This document shows positions 1 to 14,854 of a stretch of 64,000 nucleotides of DNA, one piece after another (position 1 is the stretch's first letter; each line of letters starts with the position of its first letter). The stretch is from Octopus sinensis (taxonomy: Eukaryota), in NCBI RefSeq assembly GCF_006345805.1, contig NC_043007.1:70928001-70992000 (forward strand). The letters are read 5' to 3'. Below the pieces are notes generated by a model. That model was not told the origin of the DNA. It worked only from the letters and a program-made list of their open reading frames with translations, and searched no databases. Made by a program: the position numbers and the translations under genes.

Positions 1-330
1 ATAGAAAAGTTTGTGTGAGTGGAAATTTGATTGATGGAAACTGTGTTGAAGACCATTCTGTTTGTATATATATGATGACCTTTAGTAAAGTTCATATTTT
101 GACACTAAAAACATTTGAAGGAGATAAAAAAAAAGAAAGAAAAAAGAACAAAACTGAAGTCAGAATATCAATTTAATTCTGTTTTGGTGGTGGCCAATTC
201 CAGTCAGATAAATCTTACTCTTGAGACTTTGGTTTTCATCATGTATCCAGTATTATTTTAAGAATTCTGGAAGGTTTAGGAAAGAGTTAAGTTGACAAAC
301 TGAAAAGTGCCACAAAGGCAGAGATAGGCA

Positions 331-616
331 TAGGAGTGGCTGTGTGGTAAGGAGCTTGCTTACGAACCACATGGTTCCGGGTTCAGTCCCACTGCGTGGC
401 ATCTTGTGCAAGTGTCTTCTACAATAGCCTTGGGCCGACCAAAGCCTTGTGAGTGGATTTGGTAGATGGAAACTGAAAGAAGCCTGTTGTATATATGTAT
501 ATATATCATCATCATCGTTTAGCGTCCGCTTTCCATGCTAGCATGGGTTGGACGGTTCAACTGGGGTCTGGGAAGCCAGAAGGCTGCACCAGGCCCAGTC
601 TGATCTGCAATGTTTC

Positions 617-697
<81 letters not shown>

Positions 698-880
698 ATA
701 TGTTTGTGTGTCTGTGTTTGTCCCCCCAACATCGCTTGACAACCAATGCTGGTGTCAGCAAAAGAGACTGATAGAATAAGTACTAGGCTTACAAAGAATA
801 AGTCTCGGAGTCAATTTGCTCGACTAAAAGCGGTGCTCCAGCATGGCCACAGTCAAATGACTGAAGAGAGTAAAAGAGAA
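331..880 (+). mobile_element. SINE family 1 (tRNA-like head, internal TA/TG microsatellite) with a nested RTE 3' fragment at ~507-618
   Basis: Head aggagtggctgtgtggtaag...ggttcagtccc and tail ...cagtcaaatgactgaa are shared with more than ten other copies in the window. Confidence 0.85.
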
Positions 881-3878
881 AGAGAGAGAGAGAGTATAAA
901 GAGGTGATAAGCCAGCTTTGTGGGTTTTTTTTAAAAGAAATTTATATTTGTTAGGTGTAGAGGAAGGGAACTGTGCCTCTGTTCTTCATAGGTGTCAGTG
1001 ACAATTGAGATCAATGCCATTAAAATTCCTCTTGAATATTGCAAGCTGACATCTACTGGAGAGACATAAGGGGGTTCCAGAGGGAACACAATTTGAAGGT
1101 AGGACTGGTGGAATGATTAGTGTGGATCCCAGTGAGATGGGATGGATATAGCAAAGATGATAAGAGGCGGAAGAAAGGAATGGTTAAATGAAGGTGACTA
1201 AAGTTCAGTCAGCTCCTTGGAGCAGAGGCCATTACAGTAGCAGTTGCAAAGGTGCAGAGGGAGGAGACACAGCATGGCTTTTAACCAGATGCTGAAATAT
1301 GTTTGAGAATGCTACCAGTTGCTTCCTTTTCCCCATGGAACTGCTTCTTATTAGCATCCGTCCCTCATTCTCATCCTTTTCCTCCGATCAACCCACCTTC
1401 CCCATTCAATATAGCCACCCTTATGTACCTCTAACCTCCATCTCTGTTATCCCCCTACTTTCTGATTTATCTTCTTTCTTGAGCCACTTCTAATCCTCTC
1501 ACCTTATACCTGCCCCCTCCTTCATCAACCCACATCCACCCTTATTTATCACACACTACATTCACCTCTACCTCCATCTCTCACCATCTGGTACTCTCCT
1601 CTCACCCTGATCCAATATCTCTACTCTTCCTTACACTCACCTTCTTGCAACCTGCGAACTTGTTCTGGCACCTTGTCACCACTATCTTTATCTTCTTTCC
1701 AACTACTACTACCCATTTTAGACATCTCTGCTTCTCCCTTTGTTGTACTTCAGCTTCTCAACACCTGATATATAATCACTTCTCCTTCTCTCAAATGCAC
1801 TCTCCAATCATATGAAGAGCTTTTTCCTTTTCCATTGTGGTACCACATAAAAAGCATCCTGTACACATTGTGAAGTAGTTAATTTGAAGAAGGACATCCA
1901 GCCATAGAAACCATGCTGAAGCTGACGCTTGAGCTGGACACAGTCCTGTAGCGCATCTAATTCTGTTAAACTGTCCTATACATACCAGCATAGGAAATGG
2001 ACATTAAATGATAATGATGTATTCACACACACATGTGTGTATATGTGTGTATATGTGTGCATATGTGTATGTGTGTATATCTGTGTGTATGTGTATGTGT
2101 GTGTGCTTGTGTGTGTGTGTGCATGTGTGCATGTGTGCATGTGTAAGTGTGTGTGTAGTGATGAGTTTATGATCATGATCATAATCATCATCACCACCAT
2201 CACCACCACCACCACCACCACCACCACCACCACCACCATCATCATCATAATCATCATCATCACTGCTGTTACTGCCCCTACCACCACTTATTGCCTCACA
2301 CTTGGACAAACATAGAAGTTTCCATGTGAGGTCCATCCATTGTTGTGATCACCTAGCGGAACTCCAGATGACATCTGGAGTTTTCCATATAAGCGTCCGC
2401 ACAGTAGATGGAAGAACACGTTAAGAATCAAATTTGGGTGACCTCTGCATGTCAAGGTCTCCTCTTTGACAACTATTGTATATAATCTGATAGTTTTCCA
2501 CAAGTTCCATGGCAACTGATTGATTGATGAATCGACAGGTGGATGGATGGATGGATGGATGGATGGATGGGAGGATGAACCTGTTGGTTGCTATCACTCA
2601 ATGTAGCAACATGTCCATACATATCTATGTATGGATTGTTTGCCTAGATGCCGTCATTATCGATCAAAGTAAAATCATTATTATCCTGTCTATTAACACT
2701 ATCTCTTTAATGTGTGTGTGTGTGTGTGTGTGTGTGTTGTACAGATCCATATGCACACTAGGTGTGATCGAGTGTGTCTTCATAAGTATGTGACCCTAAC
2801 CCATCTGCCATACCTTCATGGTCATGCCCTAACTTACTGACTCCCATACACACCACCACCACCACCACCATCACCACCACCATTACTGCCAATGTCATCA
2901 ACTCCACTATTACCCTCATTGTCGTCCTCATATGCACTGCTGCTACCACCAACACCATCATGATATATATGTGTACACACACACACACACATACACACAC
3001 ACATACACACGCACAAGCTTATAAGAAATTATGGTTTTCATATTAAGTACCCGAGCGAAGGAATTTTTCACAGAATGTGTATTGAAAATTCCATCATAGC
3101 TATGGCTATTGGGGAAATGTTTATCTTATCAAAGCTAGAGACTTTTTACCTGCTTTAGTCTTAATATTCAAGGAGAAGGGATGGGGGCCATGATAATTCT
3201 TTCCTTGGTGTATTTTTAGGCTCTTATTTGGGTTGAGTGTATTTTATCTTCTCTGTGAAGTGAATGTTTGCCAGGGTGCTATGGTGCTATTTTATAGTAT
3301 TACAATCATGTTGGACCACACATGGTATTCTATACAAGCAGATATGATTACTGCAGTCTCCAAGCATGAAACTTGAAGTAGGTCATGTGTAACTCCTGTA
3401 GTCATTAAATTTATATATTGGACACATACACACATACACACACACTCACACACACACATACATATATATATATTTATAGAGTAATGTTTATTTGCCAACA
3501 GAATGTGGCAGTCCTTTAAAGGATGATATTACTGTTGTTTTAACCTCAGGGAAACATCTTTTCCAGCTGGCTATCAACACACAGTTTGTGTCTGTATAGC
3601 ATTTGCAAGGGAGGTCATCACTTCCATTTCTAGTCTTACGTGATACTCACAGACTTAGGTTTCTGGATGTTATCCGTCCTTAGTGTGAGACAACCATAAG
3701 CTAGTGACAAAAGCTTTCTCCATATATGGGGGTTACCCCAAAATAAGGTCTCCAAAGCACTGAAGATGCAGGGAAACTGCATGTGGCTATTGGTAACACT
3801 GTTGTGTTTGTTGTGCATGCACCTGCCCCTGAGCATACCTTGCTGCCATGGTCAGCCTTGGCTTGGCAGTTGTATCTG

Positions 3879-4278
3879 ATGGAGTTCCCGATTGATGCTA
3901 CTGTGAAGTGTGAAGTTCGTGCAATTATTTGGTTCTTGAATGCAAAAGACATTAAACCAATTGAAATTCATCGCCAATTCATGGAAATGTATGGCTAGTC
4001 GCGCATGGATGTCAAAAAACGTCTGCAAGTGGTGTAGGGTGTTTACAGCTGGTTGTACTGAAATTCAAGACAAAGAAAGGAGCGGGTGACCATCAATTTC
4101 CGATGAGACAGTCATGAAGGTTGAGCAAATCCTGTGTGAAAATCGGTGGATCACTCTGAATGATCTCCATATTTTGGTTTCTGAGGTTTCCCAAAGCACC
4201 ATTCATAGGATCTTGAGTGAAAAGTTGCAATATTGGAAGGTGTGCACAAGATGGGTCCCATGAATGCTCACAGAAGAC
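3879..4278 (+). mobile_element. Mariner transposase N-terminal relic
   Basis: CEVRAIIWFLNAKDIKPIEIHRQ..., then ...STIHRILSEKLQYWKVCTRWVP*MLTED (WVP motif); stops and a frameshift; cut off by a (TACA/TGCA)n tract. Confidence 0.88.
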
Positions 4279-4399
4279 ATACATACATACATGCATGCAT
4301 GCATGCATGCATGCAGCATGCATACATACATGCATGCATGCATACATACATGCATGCATGCATGCATGCATGCATACATACATACATACATACATACAT

Positions 4400-4456
<57 letters not shown>

Positions 4457-4922
4457 TACATACATAGAAGCATTATCATAACAAAGCACACTACTGCAAT
4501 GCCCACAGAATACTCCCATACATCACAAATGAGTAATGATGGGACTAATGATTAACCAATCAATCAATTTTCAATATCTATCCGTAAACATTCAAGTTTT
4601 AAAATTTCATTGGTTGATAAAATCTCCAGAGGGGACTTATGTCTGCCATAAAATATAGCAGGTACATATTACAGTAATACTGTACATTTTAATGATGAGA
4701 GGAGAATACTCTAGAATTATTGATGGCAAGCATGTGTCTAGGAACTTTACAGTAATATGGAAAAACCCTGATGTTAAAACTAGAATACTATTGTGTTTTA
4801 AAAACAACTTGCCTAAAAGAAAACTGTGTGTGTGTGTGTGTGTTCATTAAAACAGTTGCTGCATCACTTTTATTTTGTCCTGATATTATTACCTGACTTT
4901 GGTTTTCTTTCAATAAATTTAG

Positions 4923-4937
4923 GAAACATGTGATAAG
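4923..4937 (+). CDS. Candidate 15-nt micro-exon (ETCDK) of the myosin gene
   Basis: CTGAC branch-like motif, pyrimidine tract, tttag|GAAACATGTGATAAG|gtgagt; frame-preserving. No homology support. Confidence 0.3.
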
Positions 4938-5304
4938 GTGAGTTCTCAATAATCACTGCTGAACCTGTATTAATTAGTCACTTGTATTCATTAACCTTTG
5001 ACTCCTTCCCACAAGCACATTTTGTCCAATGGCTGTATTAAACAAAACAACAACAACTTTTTTTTTCATCTTGAAATTTTATTGTCTTATTTAAATACAT
5101 ATATATATAATTAATTTATATAATATATAATTAATTGAGAAGTCAGATTGATGTTATGAACATTTCTGTAAATAGAAGTTATTTATTCCATTACTACATA
5201 TAAAATTATGCAAATACATGCAATGTTCATCAATTTTCTCTCAGACATCTTGATTTGAAACACAATTAACAATGATACTGCCTCAAATTAGCATCATTAT
5301 CATC

Positions 5305-6770
5305 ATTATCACCATCGTTTAATGTCTGTTTTCCATGCTGGCGTGGATTGCCTGGTTTGACTGAGGTCTGGAAAGCCAGCAGCTGCACCAGGCTCCAATC
5401 TGATCTGGCAATGTTTCTACAGCTGGATGCCCTTCCTAACACCAACCACTCTGGGAGTGTAATGGATGTTTTTTATGTGCCACAGGCACAGGAGCAGTCT
5501 GGTGGCCCTGGCATCAATTATGTTCAGACAGTGCTTTTTATGTGCCGCTGGCATGGGAACCAGCCAGGGGTCACTGGCATCAACTATGTTTGGATGGTGC
5601 TTTTTACATGCCAGCAGCATGGGAGCCAATCAGACGGACCTGGCACCGACCACGATTGGATGGTGCATTTTATGTGCCACCAGCATGGGAGCCAGTCAGG
5701 GGCCACTGGCATTGACCATGTTTGGATGGTGCATTTTACATACCACTAGCACAGAAGCCAACCAGGCAGCACTGGCCATAGCTATGATATTGGCTTTACT
5801 TTTACTCAACAGGTCTTCTCAAGCATATCGTATCACCTGACACATCAAGGGTACTTTTAAACAGGTCGGACATGCAACACTGGCATTGGCCATGGCTGCT
5901 ATCTCACTTTAGTTGCTAGGTCTTCTCAATCACAGCACATCTCCAAAAGTCTCGGTCTCCTGTTATTGCCTCCATGAGGCCCAGCATTTGAAGGTCATGC
6001 TTCACCACCTCATCCCATGTCTTCTTGGATCTACCTCTTCCACAGGTTTCTTCCACAGTTAGGGTGTAGCACTTCCTCACACAGCTGTCCTCATCTATAT
6101 GCAACATATGGCCATACCAGTGCAGTCATCTCTCTTGCACACCACATTTGATGCTTCTTATGACCAACTTTGCTCTCAGGGGTGCTCACACTCTGTCGTG
6201 TATGCACATTGACATTACACATCTAGTGGATCATACTAGCTTCATTTCTTTCAAGCCTACGCATGTCCTCAGCAGTCATGGCCCATGTTTCACTGCTGTG
6301 TAGCATGGCAGTTCGCACACATGCATCATACAGTCTACCTTTCATCCTGAGCGAGAGGCCCTTATTTCCCAGCAGAGCTCTCTGAACTTTGCTCAGGCTA
6401 TTTGTATTCTAGCCGCTACACTCTCAGAGCATCCATCCTCCACTACAGACTTGGTCGCCTAGGTAGCGGAAGCTGTCAACTACTTCTAGTTTTACCCACT
6501 GGCATGTGATGGAACCTGTTTTCTGTACTTCTTCAGTGTTTATTGCTCCAGTGCATCTGTCACACACAAAGACAATCTTCCCAGCTAATCTTCCTTTAAT
6601 ATTGCTGCACCTTTTATGTGTCAATAGCTTACATCTTATGGAGCTATGTGTTCACAGCTTACATCTTCTGGAGTTTCTACCAATGCCTTATCTACAGATC
6701 GAGCCGGGCTATTTACCTGAAGGGGTTTGTGATTTGTCAGCCTTCCTACTTACTAAGGTTATATGTAGTA
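5305..6770 (-). mobile_element. 5'-truncated RTE-clade LINE (end of RT, C-terminus, 3' UTR with ~58-bp tandem units)
   Basis: Minus-strand peptides VDSFRYLGD, GRLYDACVRTAMLH, WYGHMLH..., RGRSKKTWDEVVKHDL; (ATG)n-like tail. Confidence 0.9.
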
Positions 6771-7034
6771 TGGAATAAACAACATTCATTTATGGAAATG
6801 TTCCTAACATTGATTTGATTTCTCTTCTCCTCAATTAAAGTAATTATCATTCACTCTGTGAGTCTTATAACATGCCTACTGGATCATACCTAATATATCG
6901 GATACGCAAAGTGCACCTTTTTATTATCTATCGAAGTATAGCTGAACTTCCTTTGGTTATTGGAATACTACGTTAGCAAGTTTCTCACTTGAAGTGCTGA
7001 TAAGATGATCACCTGGATTGTACTTATCTCCTCA

Positions 7035-7096
<62 letters not shown>

Positions 7097-7494
7097 CATC
7101 ATAATCATCATCATCGTCATTATCATTATTAGTATTATTGTGATTATTATTGTGAAGACACATGGTCTAGTGATTAGGGTGTTGCATTCATAATCGCGAG
7201 ATCGTGGTTTCAATTTCTAGACTGGGTGGTGCTTTGTGTTCTTGAGCAAAACACTTCATCTCATGCTGTTCTGCAATCACTTTGACACCTGAAGCTTGGT
7301 ACACTGTACACCTGTTCAGGCATCATCAATTTGAGGGAGGGAGTAAGCTAATGTGTGGCTAATGTGTGGCTAATGTGTAAGCTAATGTGTAGATTACTAT
7401 AAACAAATCATTTGTGCTGGTCATTTGGCAAAAGCTGAATACTCATATGTCATCATTGATGGGAGAGTCCATTGTTATCATTATATATATATTA

Positions 7495-7785
7495 CGGAGA
7501 TGTACTTGCATAGCAAGTGACTTAATCTGAGATCGTGTGCTGGAACGAAAACAATTGCAGCATGGAAGGTGTTTATAAGCCATTTAAGAAACACACAAAA
7601 ACCGTTAGATTCACTTCAACATTTAAATTTAATTTGTCGAAATATTTTTGTCGCTTTCAGACCACGACCTGTTCACTGACAAAATTCTGTGCTGCATTTG
7701 TCAGTGAATAGGTCACGGTCTGAATCTAACGGTTTTTGTGTGTTTCTTAAATGGCTTATAAACACCTTCCACGTTGCAATTGTTA
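7495..7785. repeat. Fold-back element between (TA)n tracts
   Basis: ~7550-7612 is the reverse complement of ~7721-7784; inner arms ~7656-7683 and ~7697-7724. Confidence 0.85.
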
Positions 7786-8252
7786 TATATATATATATAT
7801 ATATATATAGCTTCTGCACAGATTCCATGTACCAAATTAACTCACAAGATATTGGTTGGTCCAAGGCTATAGTAGAAAGCACTTGCTCAAGGTGCTGAGC
7901 AGTGAGACTTATACTGAGATCACATGGTTGCGAAGCAAGCTTCTTAACCACACAGCCATACCTATGTCTATCTATCTATCTGTCTGTCTGTCTGTCTGTC
8001 TGTCTACACATGTGTGGGTGTGTATGTAAAGATACATGATAGAAAATGGAATGAACAACATTCCTTATTTAAAACCACTATAATTGTTTTGACACATTTT
8101 TACACCCGTGCTACTTTGCTGAAATATGTAATCATTATAAAGTATCCAAGGTGTAAAATGTAGCTCCTCAGGTAATTGTTTGAATAAGGCCTGGTAGCCA
8201 ATAATTGTAGATTTGCTTTGCATAACATTCTACAAAGTTTTTTCCCCCAGAT

Positions 8253-8295
<43 letters not shown>

Positions 8296-8362
8296 GTGTG
8301 TGTCTGTCTGTGTGTGTATGTGTGTGTGTGTGTGTGTATGTATGTATATGTATATATGTGTA

Positions 8363-8408
<46 letters not shown>

Positions 8409-8482
8409 ATATATATACATATATATATACATATATGCATATGTGTTTATATATATGTATATATATTTGTATATATATATGT

Positions 8483-8569
<87 letters not shown>

Positions 8570-8621
8570 ATATATATAATATATATATGTATATGTGTAT
8601 ATATATATATGTATATATTTA

Positions 8622-9003
8622 TATTAATCAAAATAAAAACATGATGCAAAGGATTTAGCGGTACCTATGTTTCTGGCTTTTATTAGACGGTTTATATCAA
8701 CACATAATTAATGTAATATGTATGTCAATAGCCTTCTTCAGCCGCGTACAATTACTACTTCAATTACTACTTTAATGTAATACATGTCCTTGAAGTAGTA
8801 ATTGTACATGGATGAAGAAGGCTATTGACATACATATTACATCAATTATGCATTGATATAAACTGTCTAATAAAAGCCAGAAACATATGTACCGCTAAAT
8901 CCTTTGCATCATGTTTTTATTTTGATAAATATACTCTATCACCTACACCACTAAATGGCATATACAGGTGCTTACAATTATCAAGTATTCACCCTGAATT
9001 TTT
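8622..9003. mobile_element. Fold-back (inverted pLTR-like) element with hammerhead motifs, in (TA)n
   Basis: Arms ~8627-8763 and ~8790-8926 are reverse complements, followed by a ~75-nt unique tail. Confidence 0.8.
8658..8745 (-). ncRNA. Type-I hammerhead ribozyme motif
   Basis: Minus strand gcgg-CTGAAGA-aggct...agcca-GAAAC-atag-GTA-ccgc; stem I gcgg/ccgc. The mirror copy on the + arm has C3>A. Confidence 0.65.
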
Positions 9004-10193
9004 TGTATATATTTATATATATATGTATGTATGTGTGTGTGTGTGTGGTGTGTGTATATACATATATATGTGTGTGTCTATAATAGAAATACATTTTATG
9101 AAAAAAAACAACCAATATCATTTATTTAAAAAAATACGTTGTTTCTCACTTGAAAATGTATAACCCGTTGATGTTTTAGCGTAGGAAAGTAGCTGGAAAG
9201 ATAGATAGATAGACAGATGGATAAATAGATAGATAGAGAGAATGTGAGAGGAGGGAGAGAGAGAGAAGAGGGAAAGAAAGGGATCTTATTGTATTACCTT
9301 GTGAAGTATGTTATTAAGCAGAGTTTTCCCTAATATATTAAACTTTTGACATTAGTAATGATAGACAGCATATTAAATGGAATTTATCCCCATTTCCACA
9401 ATTTTATAATTGAAGAATTTGAAGTAATTTGTTTAAGAGTTGTTTTTTTTAGCTTTCTGCTGTAGAACACCATGTTTCTTAAGTACCCCCCCACACTAAA
9501 TGAAACCTTTAAAATTCTTGAACCACCCACGTTTTCTGTAGCAATGTCACTCTAGTAAAATCCTGTATGTTTTAGTTACTGTTTTAGAACAATATAACTG
9601 TTTCTCATTTTTATTGTTTATTTGCAGTATTTATATATTTTTGTGTTTTGTGAATTCTTGGTAAATCTGTTACCATTGTAGCTGAGTTGTTTTAGGTAGG
9701 ATTGTGTTTTTCTGTACAATGCACTTGCTACCCTGCCAACCAAAATAGGCAGCACACAAGAACAACGGCACCTTAATCTCCAATACAGCAATCATTTTGT
9801 CAAATAACAAGAATCTGGATGTTTCGGTAAAATGTTTTGAAAGTCTTGGTGTATTTGAAAGATATCATTTTGGTTGCTTCCATATGTCAATGACTTAAGG
9901 AGTTCTCTTTTCTTTCCTTTTTCGTTTTTTTCCTTTTTTTTAGCAGATTTGAACTCATCATTCCTGGGTTCTGTCACAGTTACTTTGACTAACTAAACTG
10001 TTGCTAGAAAATGTTAAAAATATTTTTGACAAACTGCTATCTCTAGCTACTATGATATAGAATATTGCAAACTACTCATGACTTCTTACCAGAATTAAAG
10101 TCTTTTTAGAAAATTTATCAAGCTACTATGGTGTAGAATATTGCAAACTACTCATGACTTCCTACCAGAATTAAAATCTTTTTAGAATATTTA

Positions 10194-10422
10194 TTAACCC
10201 TTTTGTTACTGTATTTATTTTGAGATGCTCTGTGTTTCTTTCAATCACTTTAAATATGACAAAGAATTTAGTAAAATAACCTGGTTATCATTAAGCTAGT
10301 GTTAGGAACATAAATTGTGACTAAGGTTTGGTAGAAGATTATAATTCAAAACATATGAAAACAAGACATTTGTACTACATAGCAAGAGCCGGTTTCAGCC
10401 AGGTTGGTAATGAAAGGGTTAA
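10194..10422. mobile_element. piggyBac-like MITE
   Basis: TTAA-cccttttgttac ... gtaatgaaaggg-TTAA. Confidence 0.75.
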
Positions 10423-11003
10423 GCTTCTTTTCATTCCTGATAGAACTGTTGACATTTTTCGATTTTAAAACACAAATGAATTCAAATATCCAATTTCTAG
10501 CAACATGGTAGTGGTGATGGTGGTAGTGGTAGGGAGGACAACAGTACTGGTCATTTCTAAGGACATAACACCACACATTTTATGGAGAAGGCACAAATGA
10601 TCATATACACCACAGTATTTAATTGGTTCCTAATTTTAGAGACCCTGGAAGAATAAAGAGTAGAATCAACCCAATGATAATTCCTAACTTTGGCACGGGG
10701 CTAAATATTTATAATGTATTTATATTAACCCCTGTAAATTGTTGGCACTTTTTTAATTGACCTTGGAAAGATGAAAGGTGAAGTTAACACGGCACAGTTT
10801 TAAATTGAAATATTTAGATCAAAGACTAAATACTACAAAATAATAACAATTTCACACATTGAGACAAAGAAAAAAAATATTGTAGAAGATGAGGTTTAGT
10901 TTATTCAATTGATACTTTCTTGGAAAACAATAAAAATGTTTATTTTAACGACCTCAGAAGGATAAAGGGCAGAAACAGTTTTAGTAGGATTTGAACAGAC
11001 GTA

Positions 11004-11400
11004 GTAGTGGCTGTGTGGTAAGTAGCTTACTTACGAACCACATAGTTCCGGGTTCAGTCCCACTACATGGCACCTTGGCAAGTGTCTTCTACTATAGCCT
11101 TGGGCTCACCAAAGCCTTGTGAGTGGATGTGGTAGATGGAAACTGAAAGAAGCCCACCGTATATATGTATGTGTGTGTATATGTTTGTGTGTCTGTGTTT
11201 GTTCCCCCAACATCGCTTGACAACCGATGCTGGTGTTTTACGTCCCTGTAACTTAGCGGTTCAGCCAAAGAGAGCAATAGAATAAGTACTAGGCTTACAA
11301 AGAATAAGTCCTGGGGTCGATTTGTTCGACTAAAGGCTAAAGGCAGTGCTCCAGCATGGCCACAGTCAAATGACTGAAACAGGTAAAAGAGTAAAAGAGT
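11004..11400 (+). mobile_element. SINE family 1, near full length
   Basis: Same head, body and tail as the copies at 331 and 49981. Confidence 0.85.
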
Positions 11401-11699
11401 ATATAATATAGTGAAACATGACTGAAAAAGCATGTAGTCTGGTGTTTTAATGTCTCTCTTTAATAATGATTTCCAAATTTAGTACAAGGCCAGCAATTTC
11501 AGGGTGGGGGGAAATAAATTGCTTATATCAACTCCTGTATTCAACTAGTACTCATTCTATTGACCCCATAAGGATGAAAAGGCAAAGTCGACTTTGGTAG
11601 AATTTGAACTCAGAACATAAAGATAGATGAACTGCTGCTAAGCATTTTTCCCAGCCTGCTAATGATTCTACAAGTTCTCAGCCTGCTCCATTACATTAT

Positions 11700-11743
<44 letters not shown>

Positions 11744-11979
11744 TAATAATAATAATTTCTACTATAGGCACAAGGCCTGAAATTTGGGGAAGGGAGACTT
11801 GTTGATTACATCAACCCCAATGCCCAACTGGTGCCAATTTTTTTGACCCCCAAAAGGATGAAAAGCAAAGTTGGGCCGGTGGAATTTGAACTCAGAACAT
11901 AAAGACAGACGAAATGCTACTAAGCATTGTTGCCCAGTATGCTTAATGTTTCTGCCCGTACACAACCTACTCTGTTACC

Positions 11980-12020
<41 letters not shown>

Positions 12021-12385
12021 TATATGATGGTGATGATATAATAACTTCTAAAATGAGCAAAAAAGGCCAGAAATTTTGGCTGCAAGAATAGTTGATGAAA
12101 TCATCCTCCAGAACCTGATACTTACTCATTTCATTGATCCTGGCAAAGTAAGAACCATAGAGAACCCCAGCAGGATTTCGTATATAAATAGACTTATCTA
12201 AATACTGTAAGGCTTCATTCCATGAAAGTATCAGCAAAGCCCAGTAAATAGTGAACCAGACTTCCAAGTTTAGAACACAGCCAAGGCACCCAACACAGTC
12301 AAAGGTAGAAATTAGAAGCTGCAGTGTTTGGCAGTTTGGGGAAGGATAAAGTTTGGAGATTAATAACACTATATATTATTAGAGT

Positions 12386-12389
<4 letters not shown>

Positions 12390-12465
<76 letters not shown>

Positions 12466-12539
12466 TATATCTGTCTGTCTGACTCTCTTCCTCTCTCTCT
12501 CTCTTTCTTTCCCACTCTGTCTCTACCTGCCTGCCTGTG

Positions 12540-12593
<54 letters not shown>

Positions 12594-12653
12594 CTTACCT
12601 ACCTATCTACCTCCCTACCTACCTATCTATCTACCTACCTACCTACCTACCTT

Positions 12654-12697
<44 letters not shown>

Positions 12698-12788
12698 CCT
12701 GTCTGTATGTCTTTCTCTCCTTCTCTATTTAATCTATATCCCTCTCTCTCTCTTTCTTTCCCACTCTGTCTCTACCTGCCTGCCTGTG

Positions 12789-12842
<54 letters not shown>

Positions 12843-12902
12843 CTTACCTACCTATCTACCTCCCTACCTACCTATCTATCTACCTACCTACCTACCTACC
12901 TT

Positions 12903-12946
<44 letters not shown>

Positions 12947-13150
12947 CCTGTCTGTATGTCTTTCTCTCCTTCTCTATTTAATCTATATCCCTCTCTCTCT
13001 CTATTTAATCTATCTCTCCACCTCTCTCCCTCTCCCTATTTATCTATCTACCTATTTATCTACCTACCTATGAGAGAAAGAGAGAAGAGGAGTGAACGAG
13101 GAAGAGAGGAAAGAAGAGAGAGAGAAAGAGAGAAAGAGAAAGAGAAGGAG
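12390..13150. repeat. Compound microsatellite (TG, GA, TCTA, CCTA) containing a ~250-bp tandem duplication
   Basis: The block tttcccactctgtctctacctgcctgcctgtgt...ttctctatttaatctatatccc occurs twice in succession. Confidence 0.85.
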
Positions 13151-14777
13151 AGAATTATTTTCTTGCATAAGGAGTTTGTGTCATAAGATATTCCTCCCTA
13201 TGGATGGTCATTATGTTGGACTCACTGTAACAGAAGATACTGTTGCTATCTTTAGACCAGAGCTGACTATGTTTGTACAAAAAGAAATGGTAATTGAGGA
13301 ATACCAGCTTTGAACATGCTGGAGAGAAGATTACATGCTGTATACAAATATACCTTGCAGAATCTGATACCATTTTCTTCCAACTTCTCTAACTCTCACT
13401 CTCTTTTTCTCTCTTCCTGTGGATATGTGTATGAATATATACCATCATTCTCATCATTATCATCATCATCATCATCTTCCAGGTTCAGTCCCACTGCATG
13501 GAACATTGGGCAATGTCTTCTACTATAACCTCTGGTTGACCAAAACCTTGTGGATTTGGTATAACTAGAAGAAGCCCATCATGTGTGTGTGTGTGTTTGT
13601 GTGTGTTTGTGTGTGTGTGTGTTTGTGTGTGTGTGCGCGTATGTGTGTGTGTGTGTGTTTGTGTGTGTTTGTATGTGTGTGTATGTGTGTGCGCGCGTGC
13701 GTGTGCGTTGTCTCTGTGTTTGTCCCTGCCACACCACTTGACAAGTGGAGTTGGCGTATTTACATCCCAATAACTTAGTGGGTCAGTAGTAGAGACTGAT
13801 AGAATAAGCACCCGACTTAAGAAAAAGAGAATAAGCACTGGGGTCAATTCATTTGATTAAAAATTCTCCAAGGCAGTGCCCCAGCATGACCACAGTCTGA
13901 TGACTGAAACACAGTCATGCCCAGACCAATCTTTAGTCTAAAATACATTTAATATTTCAATATTACAATCTTTGTCCTGCTTTTTAGATCTTGTGTTATA
14001 TCTCTTTGATCTGCTGGATCTTGGATCTCTTATTTAATTATGTAAATTACTAATCCAAAATAGTGTGTTTTTGGATTTCCCATTAAAGTTGTTGTTCTTG
14101 CTTAACCACTCAATCCTGATCCATAAAAACTTGTGGATCAAAGTTGTTTAAGCCATGACTACCTTATTTTAACCAGCCTGTTCTTCCTTTTTTAAGATGA
14201 TAGGATGTGATTTTAGGGTGATTTAGCTATGCTTTCTCATAGGTTGGAAAAACAAAACTCTCTTAATAGTTCATTAATCTATATTTTGGATCTCTTCTTG
14301 TCATATAATGGAATTGTTCCTCAAAGACTAATCTTTAGTTCAGTGTCTTAACTAAGAGCAGTGTGGGTGGTAGAATTAATCTGTCTGCTGTAAGCATTTA
14401 AGCCTGATCTGTCTGCAGAAGATAATTTGATTCTGAGTTGACTATGTTGCAAGCCTTCAAGCCTGATCTCTCAGTTGAAAATAATTTGGTCATAAGTTAG
14501 TAAACCATGAGTCCTCTTAAAGTACAAAGATTAATAGCGCTCAATCTAATTATGAGATTATGTTAAGGTTCACTAGGTTTTTTTTCCTTTTGACTTTTGT
14601 GTCTCTTATATATTTATTTCCATATATTGGTATTGATATACATATCTAAAAATATATATTGTGTTTCTGTATGTACATATGTATTGTATGTATGTGTATC
14701 TTATTCTATGTGTATTTAATTATGTTTATATGTGCCTACATGTGTATGTGTGTGCAAGCATGTGTGTAAGCGTGTGC

Positions 14778-14809
<32 letters not shown>

Positions 14810-14854
14810 ATTTATATATACATGCATATATATATATAATATATTTCTTCCTTT

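Noticed and set aside
7645-7685. Possible G3-C8 hammerhead (GTGAACA...GAAA) in the 7.5-kb fold-back
   Set aside because: No NUH cleavage triplet after GAAA and a weak stem II.
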